A stretch of 64,000 nt of DNA from Lingula anatina (Eukaryota; Animalia; Brachiopoda). Below are positions 52,662 to 64,000 of the stretch, in pieces. The stretch spans positions 20,916,534 to 20,980,533 of the forward strand of contig CM120644.1 in assembly GCA_051362555.1 (NCBI GenBank), written 5' to 3'. The notes beneath the pieces are model-generated. The model saw nothing but the letters and a program-made list of their open reading frames with translations. It made no database searches and was not told the DNA's origin. Numbering within the stretch: the first letter of the stretch is position 1; each line of letters begins with the position of its first letter. The position numbers and the translations under genes were made by a program.

Positions 52662-55600
52662 TTGAGCTAGCTTACCGCCTTGGCTAGTGATAACATGCTG
52701 GTGTTGTAGAATGGAGCATTGAGAGTACACATCTGGTACAGTATACAACCTATGGCCCAGACATCTGCCTTCTCTCCATATGGCTGGTGCTGGACTATCT
52801 CAGGACTACAATAACCAGGCAAAACATCAACACTTCACTGTGTAATGTCTGAATCTCAAGTATAAACTGAGTGCCATTCTTTAATGTAAAACTAGCAGGC
52901 TATGTTATTGAATAAAAAGTGTAAGAATGGTTCTTATATCATAAATGAAGAAATAATATTTCAACATATTTCCAGTATTTAAGCTGTTACTGACCAGGCA
53001 TACAATATAGTTCCAACCACTGAGGTCATCTTACTGGCATCTTTCTGCTTCTGCTTGGCTAGACCAAAGTCCGCTGAAAATGACAGCAGTTTTCTTAATC
53101 AGGAATTTGTACATGTCTTGTCTTGTTTTCCACTTAAAATATTTGTGCATCTGGCTTATAATTTGCACTTTAACATTTGCATACTTTATCTTAACAACAC
53201 TGTATCTTACAAATATTCACAGGAAATGAAAAAAATCTACACATACAATGATTAGGAGCAATCACTGATTATACCCACACTGTGGTACTCAAACGGTTCT
53301 TGTGACTAAGGTGGAAAGTCGTTAATGAGGCCAGGAGATATAGGAATGGGCAGGAGGATTTGGAAAAAGGCAATCCAAAGGGAGATGAGTACCTTACCAG
53401 GTGTGGGGGGATGTATAAAAAAACAAATTGAGAACAAAATGGCAAACAACTCTCAGTTGAAGAACTCTCAAAATTATAATGAAATGTGTGACATGAACAC
53501 TACCACTGGATCATAGATGGCTGTGGGCCATATGATACATGACACAGAGCATGTTCTTACTTATGGTGACTTGATCTCCTTCCCCCAGCAGGATATTGTT
53601 AGGGCTGAGGTCTCTGTGCACTATGTGTCTGTCCTTGTGTAAGTAGCGCAGGGCAAGCACCAGCTGTAAGGAACAACAACAACAGGGCATCAGTATAACA
53701 CCTGCTGACATGACATACCTGGGGTCCAGGTGGTCAACTACAACACACACACACACACAGACATGGAGACACACACACATACACACAGACAGACAGACAC
53801 ACACACACACACACATACACACAGACACACAAACAGAGACATAGACCCACACACACATACACAGACATAGACACACACACACAAACACACACATACACAC
53901 ACACACACATACACACACAAACACACAAACATACACACACAGACATACACACATACACACACACACACATACACACACACACACGCACAGACAGACATAC
54001 ACAGACATAGACACACACACACACAGACACACACACACAGACACACACACATACACACACAAACACACAAACATACACACACACAGACATACACACATAC
54101 ACACACACACACACATACACACACACACACGCACAGACAGACATACACAGACATAGACACACACACACAGACACACACACACAGACACACAGACAGACAT
54201 AGACACACACACAGAGAGTTGGTGCTGTAAACCATGGTGAGAGAGAAGACAGGTTGGTCATAACATACTAGCTATGTGTAACATGACTCAGAAGTTTACT
54301 TTAATAATAACAATAATAATAATAATAATAATAATAATTTTAAGTCTAAAATCCATTAAAAAGATGTTCAGTAGACTTTACATAAAAGAGACAAATACTT
54401 ATGAACTCAATTTCAAAGATATATAAAAATTGTGATTCTAGATAAAGCCAGGATAATTCTCACATAAAACCAATTACAAGTACCATAATCAACTGCAAAA
54501 TTTCCCCCAAAAAATTTTAAAAATCCTTTTTAAAATATTAGTTGATTCAATGAAGGGGGTGTCAATAGTAGCATAACCCATTAAATTGGGCCAGATGACT
54601 TAAAAGAAATGTCCCAATAAGATTTAAGACACACATTACCAGATTCATTAAAGTTGGTATACTGATTGCAATTTTCTGGTAGGAACATAGTGAACAACTG
54701 AATTGTTTAAGTAAGTTGATAACTTTAGCATATCTAATAGATCTTATATAATCCGGTCATATGATGACATTATTCTGTACCTGAATAAAGATATGCCAAA
54801 TCCTCGCCTCTTCAAAGCGTGCCCCTTTTTCCTTAAGAGAGATGAAGTGGTCTCCTATAGGAGCACCCTCTATATACTCCATTACTATGTACAGTTTCTC
54901 CTCTGAAATGTGGGACATAATACATATGTATAATATCTTTCTGGTGCATGAAGACAAGTGGGTTCAGTGCCAACACTATATACACAAAGAATGGTTGAAG
55001 TTTACAATTAATTATGATTTAAATACACTTCACATAGAAAAAGCTCATTTTGTGAGAATCACCTTTTGTAACAACCTAAATTATTTAACAACTAAAAAAC
55101 TTGTACTCTATTGACAAAGGAATTTCACTGTGTATTATATACCTTCTACAAAAGTCTTGTAGTATCTGACCACATTGGGGTGCTTCAGCTGTTCCTTGAT
55201 AATGGTCAGTTCACTGATGATCTCCCCAACACTCTTATCCTTCTCCTTGCTGCTACGACCAAACATCTGGTTCTGAAGATTGACCTGATTTGAAAAATAA
55301 ATATGTTGTTTATAAATTGATTTATTTTTCGTGACAATGCCAAATATATACAAATATAATACATTATACAATAATGTGATTAAATATTAGATATACATTG
55401 GAACATAGTAACTATATATTTGTCTGTCACCCACCTATCCTCTACTATCAAGAATTAAATGACTAAACTTACTAGTGTATGAAGAATTTTATGACTTTAC
55501 TCACTAGCATATCAGGGATTTAATGTCAATTCTTACTTGTGTATCAGGAATTTAATGAATATCATAATACTAAAATATAATTCAAACAAATATTCAGCAT

Positions 55601-58600
55601 TTAAACACACTTTTGGCTGTTATTTCATATTCCAAGCAACTTGTACAATCTATTCAATTCTTTAGTTTACCTCTTTCAAGGCCAGGAAAGACTGTCCTGC
55701 AGTTTTCTTCTTCACCTTGTACACAGAGCCAAACGCCCCACTGCCCAGGTGTTCTATCAGGGCATACTCCCCCACAAACTTATTGGGTGTCTTGTCTTTG
55801 TTGGTTTGTAAGATGTTCTCTCGTATTTCATCTATCTGCTCAGCCTGGAGAACGGACATATATAATACAATAATGCTGTCACGAGTAATATTGGTGCAGG
55901 AAATGATGCAGTAATAATGAGGAAGAAGATCAAAATATCAACATGTAAGACATCAATGCTAGGGATAACTATGGCAGGGACTTGGTGTCTAACCTTGCAC
56001 TGATGATAAGGCTGAAGATCTCCAGGCTTTAAAGGCACTTTAATACATTTATTATAAACTTTACGTTTATAGACAATAAAACCGACTGTTAACATAAAAC
56101 CTTAATCTTCCGGTAGTGTGCATGACTCACAGGTAATCCATTCAATTTGTCCACCAGAGGTTTGTAAGCACTGATGTCCCTGACATAGTGGCCTATGTCA
56201 ATGAACATCTCAAACAGTTCTGGGGGAAACATGCGTTTGAACAGTCTACGATTCCTCTCCACACTGAACAGGAAACGCAGGGTACGGAATGCATTTTTCT
56301 ATAAAGAGAAAAAAGTTGTAAGATGATAAATAAATATTCTTACTTGTAGAATAAAAGATTTTAAATTAATATGTCCAAATACACTGAATATTTCTGAAGT
56401 ACATTAATTTGACAGGAACATAAGAACAAATTCAAAGATTTTCAGGGTATTTTTAGGCCATCATGCAATTACTTTTCAAATGCAAATAAGGACAATGCAT
56501 TGTCATTTATAAGTGAGCATACTTAAAAAAAGACAAGTATTTTTTCAAATAAACTCTGTATTTTTTTATAACAATGAGGAAACATAAAAACTTAAATTAA
56601 ATGATGTCCAAAAAGGGTATCCTCCCTTTATGCAAATTAATGTCTTTTTTCAGATAAAAAACTACAACATTTAAAAGAATTTTCGACAAATTGCTAAGTG
56701 ATCAAATTCATGTACTTCATGGCAAAAATGACAGAACATAAGCCCTTTTTAAGGCTAATAGTAATATAAAAGTATGTTTCAAGACCACAAACTGAATTCA
56801 AGGTGCAGGGCTAAATTCAAGCACTTTTTTAAAAGTTTTTTTAATGGACCCCATAGACCATTGTCAAGTGCAGCCACAACACACAAACCACTATAGCCTC
56901 AAACACAGTTATGAACACTATAGAAAATAGCAGAATCAGGACAATCCCTGGGACAATATCCCCTGTAATTGAATTATAATACTGAGAATGAACTATATAT
57001 TAAAAACAAGACCACAAAGCTGAAAAATGTACAGTTGAAAAGCATAAAAAATTGATGCACAAAATAAGATATTTTTTTCAATTTTGATACAATACTACAT
57101 GGTGCTTAACTGCACATTCAACACACCAAATTATTCAAATGGGCATTACATGACATTTTTTCAACCTAACAAATAATGCCATTTTATCAATTTTTTTAAA
57201 TCAACCGTCACTTTATTTATTTATCTGCATATCATGTTATAGTAAGTGAGCTCTCTTAATAACAGGTTATTAATAAGTTCATAGTAATAAATAGTATGCA
57301 ATAATGAAACAAGAAAAAGAAAGCAGACAGTTTTGAAAGTCATTTTCACACTTCAAACTCTACAAAATTATACAAGGCAGCAAAGCTGTCAAATGTACAG
57401 ACAAAGAACAGAAAATAAAGATGCAAATAAGTGAAAAATTAAATTTTCACAAAAAACTGTTAAATTGCCAGAAAAATTTACCAAACAGACTGCGTTGCCT
57501 ATTGAAGCTGTATGTTAGACCCATGTTTCTTTCCTGTAAGTTTGAGAACAGTAAGTGACATGATTTCCCTTAAATGGTCATCATAGGAGCAGTGCCCAAA
57601 ATAGGGGTTTCTTCAAATTTTGATGCAACATTACATAATGTTTAACAGCATAATGACAATCAAATGTTATTAATAAAATATTAGTAACATGGACATTCAG
57701 AAAATGTGACAAGCAAAAGTCTTCAAGATCATGGAACTTTAAAGTCACACCTTGAAAATGCCAATATGTGAAAAATTAAATTTTCACAAAAAACTGTTTA
57801 ACTGCCAAAAAAATAAATAAATAAATAAAAATACCAAACAGACTGCATTGCCTACTGAAGCTGTATTTTAGTCCCATGTTTCTTTCCTGTAAGTTTGAGA
57901 ACAGTAAGTGACATGATTTTCCTTAAATGGTCATCATGGAAGCAGTGCCCAAAATAGGGGTTTCTTCAAATTTTGATGCAATATTACATAATGTTTAACA
58001 GCTTAATGACCATCAATTTTTAATTATAAAATATTTGTTTCACAGATATTCAGAAAATGTGACTAGCAAAGGTCTTCAGGCCCATGGAACTTCAAAGTCA
58101 CGCCTTGAAAATGCCAAAATGTAAACAAGACAGCACTGTTCTGAAATGGGTTTATTTCCATTTTTAACACTTTTTTTAACATAAAACAAAATAAACATTT
58201 TACTGCCATTTCATATGACCAACTAAGAAAATTGATGAGATGGGAAAAGTATCAATAGAACAGTGTTAAATGTCCAATTTCCTCCATTCTGAGATTCTGA
58301 ACATAGTGGATGATTGAATCTGACAAACTGCAATGATATGAGTTTATTTCCATTTTTGACACTTTATTACACAATACATGATAACAAGTTTACCATGTTT
58401 TTTACATAATCAACTAACAATGTTGTAAAGATGCAGGAAATATCAAACAAACACTTTTAGGCATCTTATTAGTTAAATAATGAGACTGTTAACATGCCTA
58501 ATAATTGAATCTGAGGAAATGTGAAAAACAGTATAACTTCTAAAATAATGGCCCGATTATGCTGATTTTCAAACTCAACCTGCGTTTTAGTAAGATTGAC

Positions 58601-59301
58601 CACTCCTATGAGTATAATTACAATTGGCCAATCCGTTTTTCTTATATTGTGTTATCAGTGTTGTATTTATATTGAAAATAGTGAAAAAACAGCATAAATG
58701 CCCTAAAAATGGCCCAATCATGCTGATTTTCGAACTTGACCTGCGTATTATGAATATTCATCAGTTCTGTAAGTTTCAAGTCAAAAGGTAAAATGGTTTT
58801 CCACTTACCGTGTTATCTGTGCTGCATATATGCTGAAAAAAGTGAAAAAACGACATAAATGCCCTAAAAGTGACCCGATCATGCTGATTTTCGAACTTGA
58901 CCTGCGTATTATGAATATTCATCAGTTCTGTAAGTTTCAAGTCAAAAGGTAAAATGGTTTTCCACTTATCGTGTTATCGGTGCTGCATATAAGCTGAAAA
59001 AAGTGAAAAAACAGCATAAATTCCCTAAAAGTGACCCGATCATGCTGATTTTCGGACTTGACCTGCGTATTATGAATATTCATCAGTTCTGCAAGTTTCA
59101 AGTCAAAAGGTAAAATGGTTTTCCACTTATCGTGTTATCGGTAAAAGTGCACGGCGACGACAGACGCAGATGATGGCTATATGTACAGACACATCTGTGT
59201 CTGTACATAATAAATGCTTCAAAAAGATAATTCAAGGCAGTATATTTTTTCCTTGGGGAGGGGAATTGTCCTGGAATCAATATATATCCATGCATTTCAA
59301 T

Positions 59302-59365
<64 letters not shown>

Positions 59366-62300
59366 GTAAAGTCTCCACAGCCTTGCTGTCTCTCTCAGCT
59401 GCCTGTTGTGGTAATATCAGCAGTCCCAGGAGGTAGATACAGTTGTGTTGTACTATCTGCTGGGCATTGGTGTCAGTCAATACCAACTCTGTCAATGCAG
59501 CACAGCAGGCTACAGAAAGGTAGACAATATAGGCAAATCATTATCATATTACTGTATTGTAGATACTTTTCTTGTATATTTAACACTGTCAGGTGTGAAA
59601 ATAATTCAATAGGTATGTGAAAAAACAACAGTTACTGTATACTGTTTAAATCATCAACAAATAAGATCAAACTTTCTATCATTCATAGTGGAAAATTCAA
59701 AGTTACGAAATACTTTGACACAATAGAGAGCCAAAATTGCTACATCACAGCAGTGCTTTGGTCACTCTGAACAAACAACTGTCTCCAATACCTCGAGACC
59801 AAAATATCACACATATGGTAAAAATAAAGAAGGCCATGTAATAACTCCAAAAACAACCAATATGTAGCAAATTCTGGTTCTTTCACTAATTCTAAAAGTT
59901 ATACTGTCTTCTGGTGTCAATTGCACATGGTTAAGCTGGAGATCTCCACTGCCCAGTAGTAGGTCTAGTACACCAAAGGTCTAGAATGGCAGTATGTCTA
60001 CAGCTCTGATATCTACTACTCACCTGCTTGTAAAGATAGCTGCTGCTCTCTCATTTCATCTCCCTAAAAATATAATAATATCAAATAGTGGATTTTGTAA
60101 ATAATAATTACAGTTAGGCAATACTCAGAGAAAACATGATATCCAGATTGAATACAAAGGCTGTATATAAATAAGGTCACAGCATGTACTCAAGCAATTA
60201 TTGCAGTGACTTACTGTTATCAAATTTGACTGTGACTGTCAGTTGTCATTACTGTTTAATAATACACCTTACTGCATAAGACAACTTTACTGCAAAGAAG
60301 CTCTGCCTTATATCAGTGTATATTTGATGTATGTACAAAGTGGAGATAATCAACTGAAATCACAGTGGCTATAGACATAGTGGGGGAGGGGTTGGCAGGA
60401 AAGGCAGTTATTGGAGAATGTTAGGTATTATAAGTGTGGAAAGTCCTCATGATCAGTTATTAAGTACTGAAAGTCTCCACATCATGTGCAGATATAGAGC
60501 CCATATTACAAGCAAGTCTGTGCAGTTGTGAGTTAGTAAAACTCATACATAATAATACAATATGTCAAGCCATAATGATATCTTTATTTTGTTAGGTGCC
60601 AATGTTAGCATATCAATATTTTTTAAAATTACAATAAAATGTCAGTGTTAGGCACACCTCACCACCTTCACATACAACAACACTGCAAACAAGGAGTCTG
60701 ACTTGATCACTGGACTCAACAACATCATCACTTCACTGTTGAGCATGTGCTGAACTTCAGTAAAACACAACTCTGTGTGAGGGGAATTACTTGGAAATTA
60801 AGCAGCAAATACAGAACTGCACCATGTACAGCAAACAGCTTCGCAATATTTTAGGCATTATATATAACAGCTCGCTAAACAAGTGATAAAACTGTGGCTT
60901 AGAAATTTAAATTCTGAATAACCTTACTTTCTATTTAGCCCAAAACATCACTTTCAAAAATCAGAAACAAAATGGACCATTTTTATTTCTAGATACGTAA
61001 ACAGTTACTATGCAAAATATCAAGTCAGAAGTTGAAGCCAATTACAGTTTGTGTCTACCTGACCATGCTGCAATTTTGAAGAAAAAAGGCAAACTCAATT
61101 TATAAGTTAACCTGGTAGCACCATGTGTGCATTGCAACACCTTTTAGACAACACTGGTCAGGAATATATGTGCAGACCCAACAGTATCTGTACATAAAGA
61201 GTTGATAGCAATGAATGTGTGTCACAAACACAGAACACAACACCATTTATAGCACATGCCAGCCCAAACTATTGGTGTAAAATCATGCATGTCAAACATT
61301 AGAGGACCACAAACCTTAGGTTTGGAATTTTCCTGATCACGCTTCAATATGCCCCAAATGTCCTGCAGCACAAGGAAACCACACAGGTAGAGAACAGAAT
61401 GGATCCACATGCAGACAACTAGGCATTCACTTATTTTATGTAATATTTTATCATCTATTCTTATGACACAAGTAAAGGCAAGTTAAGGCTCTGGTATATC
61501 AGTACTGACAAATAAAGCAAACTACAAGGTTCAAGGTAAACTAGACAACTACAGATGACGGTGATCTGTGATACTGACTGGATTTACACACAACTTAGGT
61601 CTTTTTCAGATGCAGTATTTACACCAGACATAGTCTGAGTGAAATCACCAGATAACCAGCTCCACCTGCTGAGCTGAAGACTACTTCCTCTATCTTGTCC
61701 ACTTCAACTTATGTGTGAGTGTATGTGTGCTGGATATGTGTGTACACACACAGATGTGCACAAGTTATATAAAATGTGTGCTTTTATATGAGTATCTATG
61801 TGATGCTGGAGAGCTTTTGATTTCTTGTACTCAAATGAGAAATGAAGTTTCAAGTTTGACTGTGGGAAGTGAAAACATGTTTTACCTCTTCATCACACAT
61901 ACTAACTGAAGTCAGAAAAAAATGTCTCTAAGAGTTTTGATCATGCTTCAGAAGCAAACCCTACGCCACATCTGTGACAGCCTACCTCCTCTATGGTCAT
62001 CTGAACCACGTGTGGTGTGCGCCCATGTATGGCAGCACTGGCAAGGCCCGTGCTCACACTTGTACGATCTGAGACAAACTTGCGATCCCTGAAAACAGAA
62101 ACAGTTGTACCTCTTCAATTTACAGACTTTTGTCATTTAATGTAAAACAGCATTTGCTATAAAAGTTAATTTACAAGCTTATTAATCTTTTGTTGCTAAG
62201 TAGGAGAGAGGGCTATAAAAATAACAAGTTAATACTACAGTTCACACTTAGCAGATCAACAATTTGGCCTTCCTTTGTTCTAAACTTCTACACAGGTCCC

Positions 62301-63900
62301 AATCAAATGTGGCGGAACACATATTTTTTCATTTCCCCCATATAACAGTAAACAACCAGGCAGCAAAAACCACTTACTGTAACAAGGAGATGATGAGCGG
62401 TATTCCTCCCATCATTCTGATGTCATCACTGGTGTCAGGGTGTTCTGCTAACTGAACCAGACACCAGACCACATTCCACAGTAGTTTGATGTTATCACTG
62501 TGCAGTAGACTGAGATAGAGGGGGACACCATCATATACCTTCACCATCTCTCTCACCTGAGGATCTGCACACAGGATACGTAATAGATTAGCAGCTAACC
62601 TGGAATAACAATAATCCATTCAGTAAAATATATGTTAACACCACATCACTTTTCTACTTTTTGGATATGTCATGTTCATCAATCCTACTTTTTGTATTGT
62701 CTAGCTAATGAAGTGTTTGTTTTCAGGACCTCTTAGAATGTTGGTTAAATGCTTCAATACACAGTTAACAAAGACCTGAACATTTCTTAAATCATTATTT
62801 TGTTGAGTCTACTGAAAATTTTCAATGGACTGTTAAACTTAAAATAATAATTACTGTTCTCATTGTTAACTAAGATATTTTTTTCTATGAGTTACTGTGT
62901 CTGACAAGCATCACTCACTGTTTTGATAAGATATCATAATCCTGTAGTATTCTGTGTAAAACTTCGATGATGTTGAGCTGTCCTATCATGGACCTAGGAC
63001 CAGGACTGAAACATGAACAATGTTATATCTTATATCAATGATGTTGAGATGTCCTATCATGGACCTAGGACCAGGACTGAAACATGAACAATGTTATATC
63101 TTATATAAATGATGTTGAGATGTCCTATCATGGACCTAGGACCAGGACTGAAACATGAACAATGTTATATCTTATATCAATGATGTTAAGCTGTCCTATC
63201 ATGGACCTAGGACCAGGACTGAAACATGAACAATGTTATATCTTATATCAATGATGTTAGGCTGTCCTATCATGGACCTAGGACCAGGACTGAAACATGA
63301 ACAATGTTATATGTTATATCAATGATGTTAAGATGTCCTATCATGGACCTAGGACCAGGACTGAAACATGAACAATGTTATATATTACTACTGAACTAGC
63401 AGTGTGTGCAAAAACTAGATTCTTACTTCTGTAGACAGGCTTCTTTAATTGACTTTTTCTTTCTTTTTTTACATGATCAGTAATTTGAGTAAAATAAAGT
63501 TAGTACATTAAAAATTCAAATTTATTAATGTATCTTATGTAAAAAAATCAAACAAATTTTAAAATTCTGAACCAAATTCATTTCAAAGACATTTCTTATT
63601 TTTTATAACAAAGTGTTTGCAATGGTATATGTACCCAGTACAGGTTATGTGTGACTTATATATCACATGCTGTGTGTGCAAAGCCCCTTTGAGACAAGCT
63701 AATCAAACCCTCTCCTTACCTTTGAGACAAGCTAATCAAACCCTCTCCTTACCTTTGAGACAAGCTAATCAAAGCATGCAGTGAGCAATGTAACACGACC
63801 ACGTCGTTGGCAGAGAGGAGGAGCACCAAAGGCTTGTGGGCGCCACACGCTACCAGCCATTCTCGCTGCTCAACTACCGCAGACAACTTTTGGAATATAT
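46541..63900 (-). CDS. NEK10: Serine/threonine-protein kinase Nek10, 5'-partial (22 coding exons in the window)
   Basis: An armadillo-repeat region ([44 protein letters not shown]) is followed by a kinase domain ([51 protein letters not shown]) and a NEK10-type C-terminus ([24 protein letters not shown]). All 21 introns are GT-AG with compatible phases. Confidence 0.95.
47189..47299 (-). CDS. NEK10: NEK10 exon ([22 protein letters not shown]...LKSELKK)
   Basis: TAG| acceptor and |GTATGA donor. Confidence 0.9.
47452..48932 (-). repeat. 42-bp minisatellite made of a NEK10 exon 3' end plus splice donor (35 copies)
   Basis: Unit on - is AAGATCATCTACATCACTCAG|GTATGTACATATATACTGTAT; donors run from 48909 to 47481 at an exact 42-bp period. 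Confidence 0.97.
48910..49022 (-). CDS. NEK10: NEK10 exon ([37 protein letters not shown])
   Basis: Conserved NEK10 C-terminal motif; first donor CAG|GTAGGT at 48909. Confidence 0.9.
49411..49632 (-). CDS. NEK10: NEK10 exon ([13 protein letters not shown]...KMRP)
   Basis: CAG| acceptor and A|GTATGA donor; phase consistent. Confidence 0.78.
50137..50358 (-). CDS. NEK10: NEK10 exon ([14 protein letters not shown]...LDIPGN)
   Basis: CAG| acceptor and A|GTACGT donor; low-complexity linker; phase consistent. Confidence 0.75.
50595..50727 (-). CDS. NEK10: NEK10 exon ([13 protein letters not shown]...IEK)
   Basis: CAG| acceptor and G|GTGAGT donor; phase consistent. Confidence 0.8.
51089..51206 (-). 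CDS. NEK10: NEK10 exon ([12 protein letters not shown]...ATSIK)
   Basis: CAG| acceptor and |GTAAGA donor; phase consistent. Confidence 0.87.
51744..51893 (-). CDS. NEK10: NEK10 exon (kinase XI and coiled coil)
   Basis: Encodes [15 protein letters not shown]...[13 protein letters not shown]. Confidence 0.92.
52424..52494 (-). CDS. NEK10: NEK10 exon (kinase X)
   Basis: Encodes [23 protein letters not shown]. Confidence 0.9.
52590..52658. repeat. compound (GT)n(GA)n microsatellite
   Basis: Read directly from the sequence. Confidence 0.95.
52676..52805 (-). CDS. NEK10: NEK10 exon (kinase VIII-IX)
   Basis: Encodes [25 protein letters not shown]. Confidence 0.94.
52995..53073 (-). CDS. NEK10: NEK10 exon (DFG and activation loop)
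   Basis: Encodes [26 protein letters not shown]. Confidence 0.94.
53561..53663 (-). CDS. NEK10: NEK10 exon (catalytic loop)
   Basis: Encodes [24 protein letters not shown]. Confidence 0.94.
53743..54213. repeat. complex (CA)n-rich microsatellite
   Basis: CA/CATA/CAGA mixture. Confidence 0.95.
54781..54902 (-). CDS. NEK10: NEK10 exon (kinase V)
   Basis: Encodes [12 protein letters not shown]...IWHIFIQ. Confidence 0.93.
55143..55284 (-). CDS. NEK10: NEK10 exon (kinase III-IV)
   Basis: Encodes [24 protein letters not shown]. Confidence 0.93.
55671..55844 (-). CDS. NEK10: NEK10 exon (kinase subdomains I-II)
   Basis: Encodes [12 protein letters not shown]...ALKE; CAG| acceptor and |GTAAAC donor. 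Confidence 0.93.
56131..56298 (-). CDS. NEK10: NEK10 exon ([17 protein letters not shown]...LNGLP)
   Basis: TAG| acceptor and |GTGAGT donor. Confidence 0.92.
57372..59211 (-). mobile_element. second HINE family A copy, in a NEK10 intron
   Basis: Fold-back TATGTACAGACAC..GTGTCTGTACATA at 59180-59209; 161-bp tandem units (58719, 58880, 59041); internal duplication of about 335 bp (57431 vs 57768); 3' end ACAAGGCAGCAAAGCTGTCAAATGTACAGACA at 57372. Confidence 0.8.
59304..59363. repeat. (CA)n microsatellite flush with a NEK10 splice donor
   Basis: On - reads CAG|(GT)n. Confidence 0.95.
59364..59509 (-). CDS. NEK10: NEK10 exon ([15 protein letters not shown]...ETLQ)
   Basis: TAG| acceptor; donor CAG|GTGTGT. 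Confidence 0.9.
60024..60063 (-). CDS. NEK10: NEK10 small exon ([13 protein letters not shown])
   Basis: TAG| acceptor and G|GTGAGT donor; bridges phase 0 to 1. Confidence 0.82.
61986..62088 (-). CDS. NEK10: NEK10 exon ([12 protein letters not shown]...TIEE)
   Basis: CAG| acceptor and |GTAGGC donor; phase consistent. Confidence 0.85.
62378..62599 (-). CDS. NEK10: NEK10 exon ([13 protein letters not shown]...[10 protein letters not shown])
   Basis: ARM repeat; CAG| acceptor and |GTAAGT donor. Confidence 0.92.
62919..63005 (-). CDS. NEK10: NEK10 exon ([29 protein letters not shown])
   Basis: CAG| acceptor (last of six copies); CA|GTGAGT donor. Confidence 0.88.
62967..63385 (-). repeat. 71-bp minisatellite made of a NEK10 splice acceptor plus exon 5' end (6 copies)
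   Basis: GGACCTAGG at 62990, 63061, 63132, 63203, 63274 and 63345; each unit has TTGTTCATGTTTCAG|TCCTGG on -. Confidence 0.96.
63687..63773 (-). repeat. 33-bp tandem repeat of a NEK10 exon end plus donor (about 2.6 copies)
   Basis: Unit on - is TTGATTAGCTTGTCTCAAAG|GTAAGGAGAGGGT. Confidence 0.93.
63753..63900 (-). CDS. NEK10: NEK10 exon ([22 protein letters not shown]...LISLSQ)
   Basis: TAG| acceptor; AG|GTAAGG donor. Confidence 0.9.
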
Positions 63901-64000
63901 CTAAAAAAATATTTTACAATTATTACTGTGAAAGAGTAAAAAATACAAGGTAAAATTTTGATGTGCTTCCACTAGTGTCTACAAATCAAAAGAATTGTGT

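Noticed and set aside
53734-54261. Cys/Val-rich ORFs (also 41577-41846 and 59098-59361)
   Set aside because: They are translations of CA/GT microsatellites.

Overview
Eukaryotic, intron-rich, AT-rich animal DNA. It is most consistent with a non-vertebrate bilaterian such as a mollusc or other lophotrochozoan (inference). Three protein-coding genes can be built with canonical GT-AG junctions and consistent phases. (1) A myostatin/GDF8-GDF11 family gene on + has 4 exons (9066-25174, 491 aa) and an extra intron inside the mature ligand. (2) ABITRAM/FAM206A on - has 5 exons (39314-34208, 230 aa). (3) The last 22 coding exons of the armadillo-plus-kinase gene NEK10 lie on - (63900-46541); its 5' end is outside the window. 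Introns and intergenic DNA hold Helentron-type HINEs with internal satellites, TTAA-flanked Kolobok-like MITEs, nested Harbinger-like MITEs, an hAT-like MITE, an L2/CR1 remnant and many mini- and microsatellites. The most unusual signal is in NEK10, where three exon-intron boundaries have themselves been tandemly amplified: 35 in-frame, stop-free copies of a 5' splice site (42-bp unit), 6 copies of a 3' splice site (71-bp unit) and a duplicated 5' splice site (33-bp unit). All family assignments come from motif recognition by eye; no database search was run.
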